Virus record (IMG/VR): IMGVR_UViG_3300030450_003652
Span: 1-39,703 of that record
DNA from: a virus
Taxonomy: Duplodnaviria > Caudoviricetes
DNA length: 39,703 nucleotides
Reading direction: 5' to 3' (one strand)
The position numbers and the translations under genes were made by a program. This document shows positions 28,663-38,187 of this stretch, piece by piece; positions within the stretch are counted from its first letter, which is position 1, and every line of letters starts with the position of its first letter. The notes beneath the pieces are model-generated. The model saw only the letters and a list, made by a program, of their open reading frames with translations. It ran no database searches and was not told the DNA's origin.

Positions 28663-31600
28663 ATGTTTGAATGGAATGGGCAACAGTTCACTTTAGATCA
28701 AGTATTAAAATCTGCAGAAGAAGCAGGCCTTAGCTTTGAGGAATATAAGGAAAAATATGGTATAATTGAGGTTGAAGATAAAGAACCAGTTTCTGATTTT
28801 CAATATAATGGTAAATCTTTTACTTTTGATCAAGTAGACAATGCCGCAAAGGAGGCCAACTTGAGTTTTAATGACTATGTACAAACATATGGCATCGAAA
28901 CACCTAAAGAGGTTGAAGTTGTTGGAGAAAGATATCCTAAAGCAAAAGAAGAATCCAAAGTTCCATATGCTCCTCAAGAGGAAATTGTTGGGCCTAGCAC
29001 TCAATCACGAGAGTGGTTGGAACAACAACAAACAGATCTTTTAGATTACGAAGAAAATCTTATTCCTGAAGCAGAAGAATTATTTTCGCCTGATTGGGTT
29101 GAAGATAATCAAGTATATGTGCCTAGCACAGGACCAGTTGCTATTGGGGGAATAGCTGCTAATACAACCGGGGGCGGGGTCTATATAGATCCAGTGAACA
29201 AGGGAAGAACTGAAGCAATTGAAGAGGCTAAAAAATTATTAAATGAACAAAATGGCGGAACAAATTTAGTAGAACCATCTGAAGAAGAAATTTTAGAAAC
29301 TGCTAAAAATATTTGGCTTAATAAAAAACAAGAAAATCTAGAGGTTGATTTTGCAGATCATTATTTACGTAAAAATGCAGCACTTGATTGGGGTGATTTA
29401 AAAACATATGCTTCTATAGCTTCTCCATACATAATGCCCACTTTAAATCCTGAAATGAAAGCATTTAAAGAAAGGCAAGCTACTCTTGCTAAAGGAGATA
29501 AAAAATTTGCGCAAGAAAAAGTACAAAAAAATAAATTAGATCTTAATAAACTAAGCACTAAAGTAAAAACTAATGAATTACAAGCTATTAATTTAGCTCA
29601 AGGTGATTATAAAACCCAAGAAGACTTCGACGAAGCCAAAAAACAACTTGCAAATATAGCTTTAGAAAACGAAGCTATTATTAAAAAAAGTGAATATATT
29701 TTTGATGATTTAAAAGCTAATTCTAAAGAAATAGGTAAATATGATGAATATCTTGATGTAATAAAAAGAGATTATAGTTTTTCAGGTATAGCTTTAGGGT
29801 CGCTTACTGCATCTACTATAGAATTAGTTAATGGAGGGTTAGCTATTCCGAGATATTTAAAAACTGCTGCGGATAATTTAGCAAGAGGAATTACTGACAA
29901 TAAATATGATATGCCAGATTGGGTGTTTGCTTTAGCTGGCCCCGCTTTTAATCTTTTAGCTAGTGAGGAAACTAAAGATGTTAATGATTTCTTGGATAAT
30001 GTTTCTGAAAATATTAGGGGTACTTTTGCAAAAAATCAAGAGGTAACAGACATAGATAGCCTAGGTGGTGTTGCAAGTTGGATAGCGCAATTAATTGGTA
30101 ATCAAGCTCCAATAATGGCAACTATGATGTCTATGCCTACATATTCTTTAACAGCGTTAGGGGCTTCAGCTGCAGGTGGTAAATTTCTAGAAATGGAAAA
30201 AGAAATGGGTTTACCGGGCGGGCCAACTTATAGTGGTCTTGAATTGTTATTAGCTCCAGCTATAGTAGGGGGAGCTGAATATCTTTCAGAAAAAATAACC
30301 TTAGGGCAGGTGAAAGGCGTAATGAAGGCTGTTAAAGGCGATCAATCTATTATTGAGGCAGTAAAAAGATATCTTACAAATGATTACCTTAGGTGGACTA
30401 AAGACATGTTCCAAGAAGGTGGTTCAGAAGTTGCGGCAACTTTAGCTGAAAACATGACTGATAAGTATCTATTAGACAAAGATGTTGAATTAACTAGAGG
30501 GCTAGCTGATTCCTTTGCAAGTGGTGCTGTAATGAGTGGATTTATATATAAAGCCCCATTGGCTGGGAGAGCTTTAAGTAAAGTATTTTGGGGTGAAGAT
30601 GTAAGAAATCAAATTCAAACTGGTAATCAATTAATTAAAGAGTTAAATAATGAACTTAATAATGATAATTTAACGGAAACTGAAAGAAAAGACATCTTAA
30701 ATAATATTGCTGAAATCGATGCTAAGCAAAAGAAGATAATGCGAAATGCTAATGAAAGCTTTGATAATGCTACTACTACAGAGAAAAAAAGGCTTTTTAA
30801 AATATATGATTTACAAAATAACATTAAGAGAAGGGCTATAAAAATAGCTAATAACACTAAGCTTAGTGAAAAAAATAGAAAAAAAATGATTGATATCCAG
30901 CAAAGAAAATGGGATGGCTATCAAGATGAAAAAAATTCTATATTAATAAGATTAAGCGAAAAGAATTTTGATCCTCAAACTTTTTCAATAGAAGAGTATG
31001 AAAATAATGTTACTAAAGGGAAAATGGGTCGTAATGAATATATAGACAAACAAATCCAAACATTATCTAATACTTTATTAAATTTACAAGAGCGTAGAAA
31101 AAAAGCTACTACTGCTGAAGAAATAAAATTATTAGATTTAAAAATAAAAAATGTTCAAAATAAAATAAAATATTTAGTACCTGAAAAATCAGGATTTTTT
31201 AGCATTATCCCAACAACTATAAGGAAAGCTAACTCTATAAAAGAATTAAATGAAGCTTTTATTACTAAGTCTGCTGAATTAAGTGATGCATTAAAATCTA
31301 AAAAAATAACACCAACTGAGTATAATAAACAATACAAAAGACTTAAAAATAGTTTTGATAAAAAAAGAAATAGTTTTATAGAAAAAGTTGATAAAACTAA
31401 AGGCGAATATACTGAATTACAAAAATTATATGATTCAACTATAGACAAAGAAGGGAAATTACCTACAACGCAAAGAGGCCAAAATAAATTTGTTAATGAA
31501 TTTAATAAAATTGCAGCACCAATTTTTGAAAAAATAGCTCAAAGATTATATGATAGAACATCTAAAGATAAAGTTGGAGGTTTAACAAGAAAAAATTTTA

Positions 31601-34600
31601 TTAAAGGTTTACAATCTGAAGCTTGGAAAATTTTAGAAGAGGAGTTTGATCCTAGTTTACAAACTTTAGATAAATTTATTAGCAATAGATTAAATTTAAG
31701 AGCTAATAGATTATTTGGCGAGGATACAGGCAGAAATGATGAATTTACAGAAGAGTTAACTGATAAAATTTCTCAAACAATTGTTGAAGAAATTGAGGAA
31801 GAAAATGAAGGAAATAAAATAATAGAAACTAGTAAGCTTTTAAATTTACCTAAAAATATAACTAAAAAACTTAAAGCTAGTATTCCTACTATCTTATCTA
31901 CTTTAAAAAGTAAAATTGATTCTAGAAAATTTAAAGGAGAAATAAGCAAGGCTTTTAAAGATTTGTTATATGGAGATCTAAAAGAATTTTTTGGTAAAGA
32001 TAAAAAAGGAAATAAGAGATTTACAGATTTTATAACTAAAAATACTAAAGCTTTATATGATACACTAACAGAAGAAAGCATGAGAATGGCCCGTAATAAT
32101 AAGACCGGGGTAAATCCTTTTGTTGAAGCTGGATTTTTAATTGAAAAAGATGGTGAATTAGTAAAAGCTGCTTTTGAAAATATTGATCAACAAGCATTCA
32201 TAGATTATTATACTGCTAAAGATAAAGCAGCAAATACTATGTCTGATCGTAGAATGAATTTAATAGAAGCTGTAGCCTCCTCTATTGGGTCTGCAGAAGC
32301 AATAAATGCATTAGCTACAGATGCTGATATTAAAAATAAATTTTTAGAACAACAAACCAAAGAACTTGAAAAAGCTGCTAAAGGTTTAAGTTTATTAGAA
32401 TCATATGCTCGTAATATATTCCAAAAAATTACTAAAAAAATTGAAAAAGAATTTGCTAGATATGGGTTTACCCGTTGGAGTACTTTAGCGTTAACGTATG
32501 GATTTAACGATATTAATTTAAATAATGCTAAGGAGAGAGAAGCTTTTTTAGAAAATTTAGTTAAAACAGGATTAACTAAATTATTACCAGCTAGTTTATT
32601 TAGAAGTTTTCAAGGTGTTAGTAAACCTAAAATATTTATAGAATCTGACGGATTAAAATACGTAAAAAACCTTGATGGGGAATTGTTATTAAAAAAGACA
32701 TATGAAACCCTTTCAAAAAAACAAAAAAAAGAGCAAGGTTTTGGTAATATAGAAAGAGACCATGACAGGCATGTATTTTTTAAAAACGCCGCCGAAGCTG
32801 ATGCTTGGATTAAAGAGGTGGGAATAGAAAATTTTGCCAAAGATCCTATTATTGATAAAGCATTAAAGAAAAGCGCTTATACTAGTAAAATAAAGGGGAA
32901 AACTGTTCTTACAAAAGTAAATTGGAAAGAAGAAGATAATAAATTAGTGGCATTAGAAAAAATATTTGATATTTTTCAAGAGTACATGCTTGACAATGGT
33001 AAAGTAAATAAAAAGAACGCTTCTATAGTATCTGCTTTGTTAAAATCTTCTCCATCGTGGCAAGGGCATTTTGTTAGAAAACTAGCTCCAAGAGGATTTA
33101 CTAATTCAAGTAAATTATTAGATGATTTAGGAAATAGACTATTTGTAGAAGAACATACTTTACCCGCTTCTGCTGTAGCTAAATATCTATTTGAGCAAGC
33201 TATTAATGGAACAGTAAAAAATAATTTTGATTTAATCAAAAAAAATTATTTTCAAGGGCCTTTATTAAAGACATCTGATGATAAATTATCTGGAATTGGT
33301 GTTGATGGAAAACCTTTTACATATAAAGAGTCTACACCATCTGGTTGGATGTTAACAGATAATATTTGGGCTAGATATTTTAATGCTAATGTAAATAATA
33401 CGCGTGGTGGTATAGATCCCAATGTTATTATTTTAAGAAACGGTAAAACTGTTGCCCAAGAATTTAATGTTCAATCTGATGGAACTATAACGCCCGATGT
33501 TAAACAATTGCAACAAGAAGGTATCGCTGAACAAACAGGGGACCAAGTAGAAAATTTACTTGATAGGGCTATAGCTAAATTAACTGAGCTTACAGGTTCA
33601 CAAGGCACATTACAAATGAATTTAGCTGCTGTTCCTATCCATTTATTAACAGGTGGATTAAGAGCCGTTAAATTGGCATATCAAGGAGGGAAAAGCTTAA
33701 GTCAAGCTATTAGTGCAGGATATAATAAAGTAAAAAATTATATGACTGAAACAGAATGGGCTGAATTTGTTGGTGTTTCTGTTCAAGAAGTAAGAAATGA
33801 AAAAAATCCTGCTCAAGTTAAATTGGCCATTCTTTCAGAAAAAGGTGTTGCTCAAATTCAGGAACAATCAAGAAAAACTGATAATGCTTTATTAAAAGAG
33901 TTTGGAATTGATATTGACGGATTAAGTACTGATGAAATTGTTGAAAAATTAAATATACTTAGGAAAGCTAAAAGCGAAGCTTCAAATCCAAAAAATCCAA
34001 CTAAGAAGGCTAGAGTATTTGATTTTGACGACACGCTGGCTAAAACTAATTCTAAGGTACTTTACACGCTCCCAGATGGAACGGAAGGTAATTTAAATGC
34101 TACAGAGTTCGCGGAACAATACGAGTCCTTAAAAGAATCCGGTGCAACTTTTGATTATTCTGAGTTTAATAAAGTAAAAGACGGCACTAAAGGTCCATTA
34201 GCTACATTAGCTAAAAGATTTACGGAGGCATTAGGTGATAGAGATGTATTTGTATTAACAGCACGCCCAGCGGAAGCAGCGGCAGCTATACAAGAATTTT
34301 TACGAAATACTTTAAATATTAGTATTCCACTAAAAAATATATCTGGAATAGAAAATGGAACTCCCGGCGCTAAAGCTATGTGGATTGCTGAAAAAGTTTC
34401 AGAAGGTTATAATGACGTTTTCTTTGCCGATGATTCCAAACCTAATGTTGAAGCTGTTGAAAAAATGTTAACCGATTTAGGTGTAACAAATAGAGTTCAA
34501 CAAGCTAAAGAAGATGGCCAGAAAACTTTAGAAGACGAAATGGATTCTTTGATTAGAACTAATAAACCTTCTAAGTTTGGTAGAATATTAAATAAATTAA

Positions 34601-36816
34601 ATATTTATATTCCGCCTGGAGCTGATGATTTTGCTGGTTTATTATCTTATTTTTTAGGCAGCGGTAAAACAGGCGAACAACAACAAAAATGGTTCCAAGA
34701 AAATTTATTAGATCCATTTGCTAAGGGGATTGACGCATGGACTGCAGCAAAAGTTTCATTAGCTGAAGATTATAAAGCATTAAAGAAAAGATTTAAAAAT
34801 AAAAAATTATTAGCCGAAAAGGTTTTAGGAGGATTATATACTAAAGAGCAAGCTGTTAGAGCTTATCTATATAATAAAGCTGGACAAGATTTAGGTTTAA
34901 ATAAAGCTGATACCGAAGATCTAATAGCTTTAGTTGAGGGCGATGCTAAACTTAAAGCTTTTGCTGAAGAATTATCTAAAATAACTAAATTAGATAATGG
35001 ATATCCTAATATTACTAAAGAATGGTTGGGCGGTAATATTGATACAGATATGGCTAATGCTGCCAACACATCTTTAAGAGATATATTTTTACAAGATTTT
35101 ATAAATAATAAAAATCAGATTTTTTCTCCACAAAATTTAAAATTAATAAAACAAGCATATGGTAATGATTTTACTAATGCATTGGAAAATATTTTAGAAA
35201 GAATGACTACGGGTATAAACCGTAAAAAGGGAAAAGATAAAGAATTTAATGCGGTAATGACCTGGATTAATCAATCCGTTGGTGCAGTGATGGCTATTAA
35301 TATGAGATCGGCAATTCTTCAGCAGTTATCTATTGTAAACTATACTAATTGGAGTTTTAATAATCCATTTATGATGGCAAAAGCAATGGCTAATGTTCCT
35401 CAATTTTTAAAAGATTATGTTAAAATATGGAACTCCCCATTTTTAAAAGAAAGAAGAGGGGGAATGGCTATTGAAGTCAATATGGCAGATATAGCAGATT
35501 CAAATCCAAGTAATTTATTCTTAAAATTAAATAAAAAACTACTTGAGTTAGGATTTAAGCCTACACAATGGGGTGATAGCAATGCTATATCCTTTGGAGG
35601 AGCTACTTGGTATAGAAACAGATTAAATCAATTACTTAAAGAAGGTACGATGACTGAGAAAGAAGCAGATGCTCAAGTTATGTTAGAGCTTCGTGAACTT
35701 TCTGAAGAGCACCAGCAATCTTCTAGACCAGATAGAATATCTAGACAACAATCCTCAGATATAGGTAGATTGATATTAGCTTTTGCTAACACGCCTTTAC
35801 AGCTTGCTAGATCGCATAAAAAAGCTATAGGTAATCTTATTTATAGAAGAGGCGATGCTAAAACAAATATGTCTAAAGCTATTTATTATGGAATGGCACA
35901 AAGTTTAATATTTGTAGCATTACAACAAGGATTATTTTCTTTATTAGCTGATGATGATGATGAAATGGATGAAAAAGAAAAAAGAAAGCTAGATTATGCT
36001 CTTCATGGTGTTATAGATGGTTTGCTTAGAGGGATAGGATTTGCAGGAGCAACAACTGCAGCTCTTAAAAGTTTGGCTATGGAATATTATTCCCAATATC
36101 AAAAAAGAAAAGAAGGTAAATATGTAAGAGATGGTGCTCTAAAATTGATTCAAAGAGGTCTTTCAATTTCGCCTCCACTTAGTAAAAAGATTGGGGATAT
36201 TGTTGAAGCACAAAAGTTTGAAACATGGAGACAATATAAAAACGATCCTTTTTATAAAGGATTTGCTGTAGCTAATTATGTATCAGGGTTAACAAATATA
36301 CCCGCAGACAGGGTATTTAAAAAGATTGAAAATTTGAAAGCTGCGTCTGATGACAGAACCGAAGCATGGCAATCTATATTTTTATCATTAGGATGGTCAC
36401 CTTATAATGTAGGCGTACAATGGCCTGAAATGCCTCCTAAGAAAACTAAGAAAAAAAGTACTACATCAAAGAAAAAAGTTAAAAAGAAAAAAGTAAAAAA
36501 GAAAAAAAGCCCTATAAAAATGGAATTACCTGAAGGAGTTTTAGGTAGAGCTAATAAAGACGGCACTATTGAAATTAAAAAAGGACTATCTAAAGAAAAA
36601 GAAGCGGAAGTAGAGGCCCATGAAAATGCCCATTTGCTTCAGTTCCAAACTGGGAAATTAGATTATAATGATGAATATATTAGATGGAAAAATCAACAAG
36701 CTTTAAGAACAGCTGATCGTAAAATCTTTTGGAATGGTAAATTATATAAAGAAGGGGATAGGGCTTTACCTTGGGAAATAGAAGCCAATAAATTAAGTAA
36801 ACAACGAACTGTATAA
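28663..36816 (+). CDS. Giant multidomain (polyvalent) internal virion protein with HAD phosphatase and C-terminal zincin domains
   Basis: 2717 aa; VFDFDDTL / VLTARP / K / FFADD HAD motifs (about 34003-34500); HENAH...LPWEIEAN zincin (36520-36816); hydrophobic Gly/Ala helices; duplicated N-terminal repeat. Confidence 0.7.
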   Translation: MFEWNGQQFTLDQVLKSAEEAGLSFEEYKEKYGIIEVEDKEPVSDFQYNGKSFTFDQVDNAAKEANLSFNDYVQTYGIETPKEVEVVGERYPKAKEESKVPYAPQEEIVGPSTQSREWLEQQQTDLLDYEENLIPEAEELFSPDWVEDNQVYVPSTGPVAIGGIAANTTGGGVYIDPVNKGRTEAIEEAKKLLNEQNGGTNLVEPSEEEILETAKNIWLNKKQENLEVDFADHYLRKNAALDWGDLKTYASIASPYIMPTLNPEMKAFKERQATLAKGDKKFAQEKVQKNKLDLNKLSTKVKTNELQAINLAQGDYKTQEDFDEAKKQLANIALENEAIIKKSEYIFDDLKANSKEIGKYDEYLDVIKRDYSFSGIALGSLTASTIELVNGGLAIPRYLKTAADNLARGITDNKYDMPDWVFALAGPAFNLLASEETKDVNDFLDNVSENIRGTFAKNQEVTDIDSLGGVASWIAQLIGNQAPIMATMMSMPTYSLTALGASAAGGKFLEMEKEMGLPGGPTYSGLELLLAPAIVGGAEYLSEKITLGQVKGVMKAVKGDQSIIEAVKRYLTNDYLRWTKDMFQEGGSEVAATLAENMTDKYLLDKDVELTRGLADSFASGAVMSGFIYKAPLAGRALSKVFWGEDVRNQIQTGNQLIKELNNELNNDNLTETERKDILNNIAEIDAKQKKIMRNANESFDNATTTEKKRLFKIYDLQNNIKRRAIKIANNTKLSEKNRKKMIDIQQRKWDGYQDEKNSILIRLSEKNFDPQTFSIEEYENNVTKGKMGRNEYIDKQIQTLSNTLLNLQERRKKATTAEEIKLLDLKIKNVQNKIKYLVPEKSGFFSIIPTTIRKANSIKELNEAFITKSAELSDALKSKKITPTEYNKQYKRLKNSFDKKRNSFIEKVDKTKGEYTELQKLYDSTIDKEGKLPTTQRGQNKFVNEFNKIAAPIFEKIAQRLYDRTSKDKVGGLTRKNFIKGLQSEAWKILEEEFDPSLQTLDKFISNRLNLRANRLFGEDTGRNDEFTEELTDKISQTIVEEIEEENEGNKIIETSKLLNLPKNITKKLKASIPTILSTLKSKIDSRKFKGEISKAFKDLLYGDLKEFFGKDKKGNKRFTDFITKNTKALYDTLTEESMRMARNNKTGVNPFVEAGFLIEKDGELVKAAFENIDQQAFIDYYTAKDKAANTMSDRRMNLIEAVASSIGSAEAINALATDADIKNKFLEQQTKELEKAAKGLSLLESYARNIFQKITKKIEKEFARYGFTRWSTLALTYGFNDINLNNAKEREAFLENLVKTGLTKLLPASLFRSFQGVSKPKIFIESDGLKYVKNLDGELLLKKTYETLSKKQKKEQGFGNIERDHDRHVFFKNAAEADAWIKEVGIENFAKDPIIDKALKKSAYTSKIKGKTVLTKVNWKEEDNKLVALEKIFDIFQEYMLDNGKVNKKNASIVSALLKSSPSWQGHFVRKLAPRGFTNSSKLLDDLGNRLFVEEHTLPASAVAKYLFEQAINGTVKNNFDLIKKNYFQGPLLKTSDDKLSGIGVDGKPFTYKESTPSGWMLTDNIWARYFNANVNNTRGGIDPNVIILRNGKTVAQEFNVQSDGTITPDVKQLQQEGIAEQTGDQVENLLDRAIAKLTELTGSQGTLQMNLAAVPIHLLTGGLRAVKLAYQGGKSLSQAISAGYNKVKNYMTETEWAEFVGVSVQEVRNEKNPAQVKLAILSEKGVAQIQEQSRKTDNALLKEFGIDIDGLSTDEIVEKLNILRKAKSEASNPKNPTKKARVFDFDDTLAKTNSKVLYTLPDGTEGNLNATEFAEQYESLKESGATFDYSEFNKVKDGTKGPLATLAKRFTEALGDRDVFVLTARPAEAAAAIQEFLRNTLNISIPLKNISGIENGTPGAKAMWIAEKVSEGYNDVFFADDSKPNVEAVEKMLTDLGVTNRVQQAKEDGQKTLEDEMDSLIRTNKPSKFGRILNKLNIYIPPGADDFAGLLSYFLGSGKTGEQQQKWFQENLLDPFAKGIDAWTAAKVSLAEDYKALKKRFKNKKLLAEKVLGGLYTKEQAVRAYLYNKAGQDLGLNKADTEDLIALVEGDAKLKAFAEELSKITKLDNGYPNITKEWLGGNIDTDMANAANTSLRDIFLQDFINNKNQIFSPQNLKLIKQAYGNDFTNALENILERMTTGINRKKGKDKEFNAVMTWINQSVGAVMAINMRSAILQQLSIVNYTNWSFNNPFMMAKAMANVPQFLKDYVKIWNSPFLKERRGGMAIEVNMADIADSNPSNLFLKLNKKLLELGFKPTQWGDSNAISFGGATWYRNRLNQLLKEGTMTEKEADAQVMLELRELSEEHQQSSRPDRISRQQSSDIGRLILAFANTPLQLARSHKKAIGNLIYRRGDAKTNMSKAIYYGMAQSLIFVALQQGLFSLLADDDDEMDEKEKRKLDYALHGVIDGLLRGIGFAGATTAALKSLAMEYYSQYQKRKEGKYVRDGALKLIQRGLSISPPLSKKIGDIVEAQKFETWRQYKNDPFYKGFAVANYVSGLTNIPADRVFKKIENLKAASDDRTEAWQSIFLSLGWSPYNVGVQWPEMPPKKTKKKSTTSKKKVKKKKVKKKKSPIKMELPEGVLGRANKDGTIEIKKGLSKEKEAEVEAHENAHLLQFQTGKLDYNDEYIRWKNQQALRTADRKIFWNGKLYKEGDRALPWEIEANKLSKQRTV

Positions 36817-36829
36817 ATAAATATAAATT

Positions 36830-37405
36830 ATGTCAACATCACAAAATAATGAAGTACGCAATGCTGCTTATTATGGATACTCAGGACAAGATGAAAATTT
36901 AGGTTTTGAAGAAGAGCCAAAAAAAGAAGAAAAGGCTAAAGCACCAGCGAATTCAGTTAGAACAAATAAATTAAGAAGAAAAGGGGAAGCTATCCTTCAA
37001 GATAAAAATTTAACTACAGAAGAAAAACAAATTCAAGCATTAAGAAAAAGAAGAAAATACGATAGAAGTGTTCAAAGAGATGCTGACCAAAACAAAAGAG
37101 ATATTGAGCGTGGTCAAATAAGGGTAGATAGAGACAACCGTAGAATAGAAAGAATGGCTAATAGAAATCAAATATCTATAGGAGAAGCCACTAAAATATA
37201 TAAAGATAGACAAGAAGCATTATCAGGATTTAAAAAAGGGACTAGACCGCCCCATCCATCTTTAGTTGAAATGGAAAATCAAAATAAAAAGGAAGCTACT
37301 AATAAATCTAATCAACAAAAACTAGATGAGCAAAACGTTGATAATTCCCCTTGGAATATCAAGAGCACTTTATCAAAAAATACGTCTCAAACTAAATTTT
37401 TATGA
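36830..37405 (+). CDS. Hypothetical charged (R/K-rich) protein
   Basis: 191 aa ORF with A-rich start; no recognisable motif. Confidence 0.6.
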   Translation: MSTSQNNEVRNAAYYGYSGQDENLGFEEEPKKEEKAKAPANSVRTNKLRRKGEAILQDKNLTTEEKQIQALRKRRKYDRSVQRDADQNKRDIERGQIRVDRDNRRIERMANRNQISIGEATKIYKDRQEALSGFKKGTRPPHPSLVEMENQNKKEATNKSNQQKLDEQNVDNSPWNIKSTLSKNTSQTKFL

Positions 37406-37450
37406 GGCATAATTAAAATAATTAATAACTATAAACACAAATAAACGACA

Positions 37451-37729
37451 ATGAGTGAACTTAGTGAAGACACTAAATTTCAAGTAAGCATTAAGACTCT
37501 AGCGGCAATTGGAGCTGGCATATTTGCATTAGTAGGTATGTATTTTGCGCTCCAGGCCGATATAGAAGAGGCTAAGCTCTTGCCCGAACCTCCGGTTTCG
37601 AGAACGGAATATGACCTTAAAGATGAATTAATTCGCGAATCTATAATGAATACAGAAGAAAAGGTTCAAGAAAATTCGCAAAAACTGGATAAAATAGATG
37701 AAAAATTATATGAAATAATTAAAAAATAA
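37451..37729 (+). CDS. Single-TM membrane protein with C-terminal coiled coil
   Basis: TLAAIGAGIFALVGMYFAL followed by the heptad-like EEKVQENSQKLDKIDEKLYEI. Confidence 0.65.
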   Translation: MSELSEDTKFQVSIKTLAAIGAGIFALVGMYFALQADIEEAKLLPEPPVSRTEYDLKDELIRESIMNTEEKVQENSQKLDKIDEKLYEIIKK

Positions 37730-37733
37730 TACA

Positions 37734-38078
37734 ATGAAATATATAATAACTTTAATTTTGTTTTTAATTGCCTATACTGGCTTTAGCCAAACTAAAGATA
37801 TCCAATTATTACAAATTAATTCAAGTTGGAATTTAAAAAATGATATTCCAAGAGGAGATTTACCTAGTAAATACATGGTACATAAGATACGAATAGATCA
37901 TGCTACCATAGAACATCAAGGCCCTAACTTTAAAGAAAGTTTTGCTGGTAAACCTTTACCTATATTAATTTTATATGTAGATGGTAAAATAAAATATCAA
38001 TGGACTGCAGACTTATCTTTTAAATTAAAAGTATCTAAAGGTGAAATTTTAGATGTTATAGAAAAAGTGCTTAAATAA
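37734..38078 (+). CDS. Secreted protein, degenerate thioredoxin-like fold
   Basis: Signal peptide MKYIITLILFLIAYTGFS-Q; QINSSWN and LPILILYVDGK resemble Trx-fold motifs but there is no CxxC. Confidence 0.5.
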   Translation: MKYIITLILFLIAYTGFSQTKDIQLLQINSSWNLKNDIPRGDLPSKYMVHKIRIDHATIEHQGPNFKESFAGKPLPILILYVDGKIKYQWTADLSFKLKVSKGEILDVIEKVLK

Positions 38079-38079
38079 T

Positions 38080-38148
38080 ATGGAGTTTGCATTATACATA
38101 ACCTGTTTAGTTTTAATGTGCTTATTTATTATTCGTAGGGTAAAATAA
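38080..38148 (+). CDS. 22-aa single-TM micropeptide
   Basis: Hand translation MEFALYITCLVLMCLFIIRRVK*; ATG 1 nt after the upstream stop; fills the gap up to the terminator. Confidence 0.55.
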   Translation: MEFALYITCLVLMCLFIIRRVK

Positions 38149-38186
38149 AAAAAAGGGTAGCCAAATTAATGGTTACCCTTTTATTA
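38147..38186. terminator. Bidirectional intrinsic terminator
   Basis: aaaagggtagcca-aattaa-tggttaccctttt flanked by A- and T-tracts, between convergent operons. Confidence 0.85.
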
Positions 38187-38187
38187 T

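Noticed and set aside
34021-34035. DFDD as a crAss-type RNA polymerase DFDID motif
   Set aside because: The context is hhhDxDxT with downstream TAR and DD motifs, which is HAD, not RNAP.
28705-35069. Many 60-102 aa antisense ORFs over the giant gene (and similar ones over other + genes)
   Set aside because: Antisense shadows with L/F/S-rich products, no GC anomaly or credible starts.
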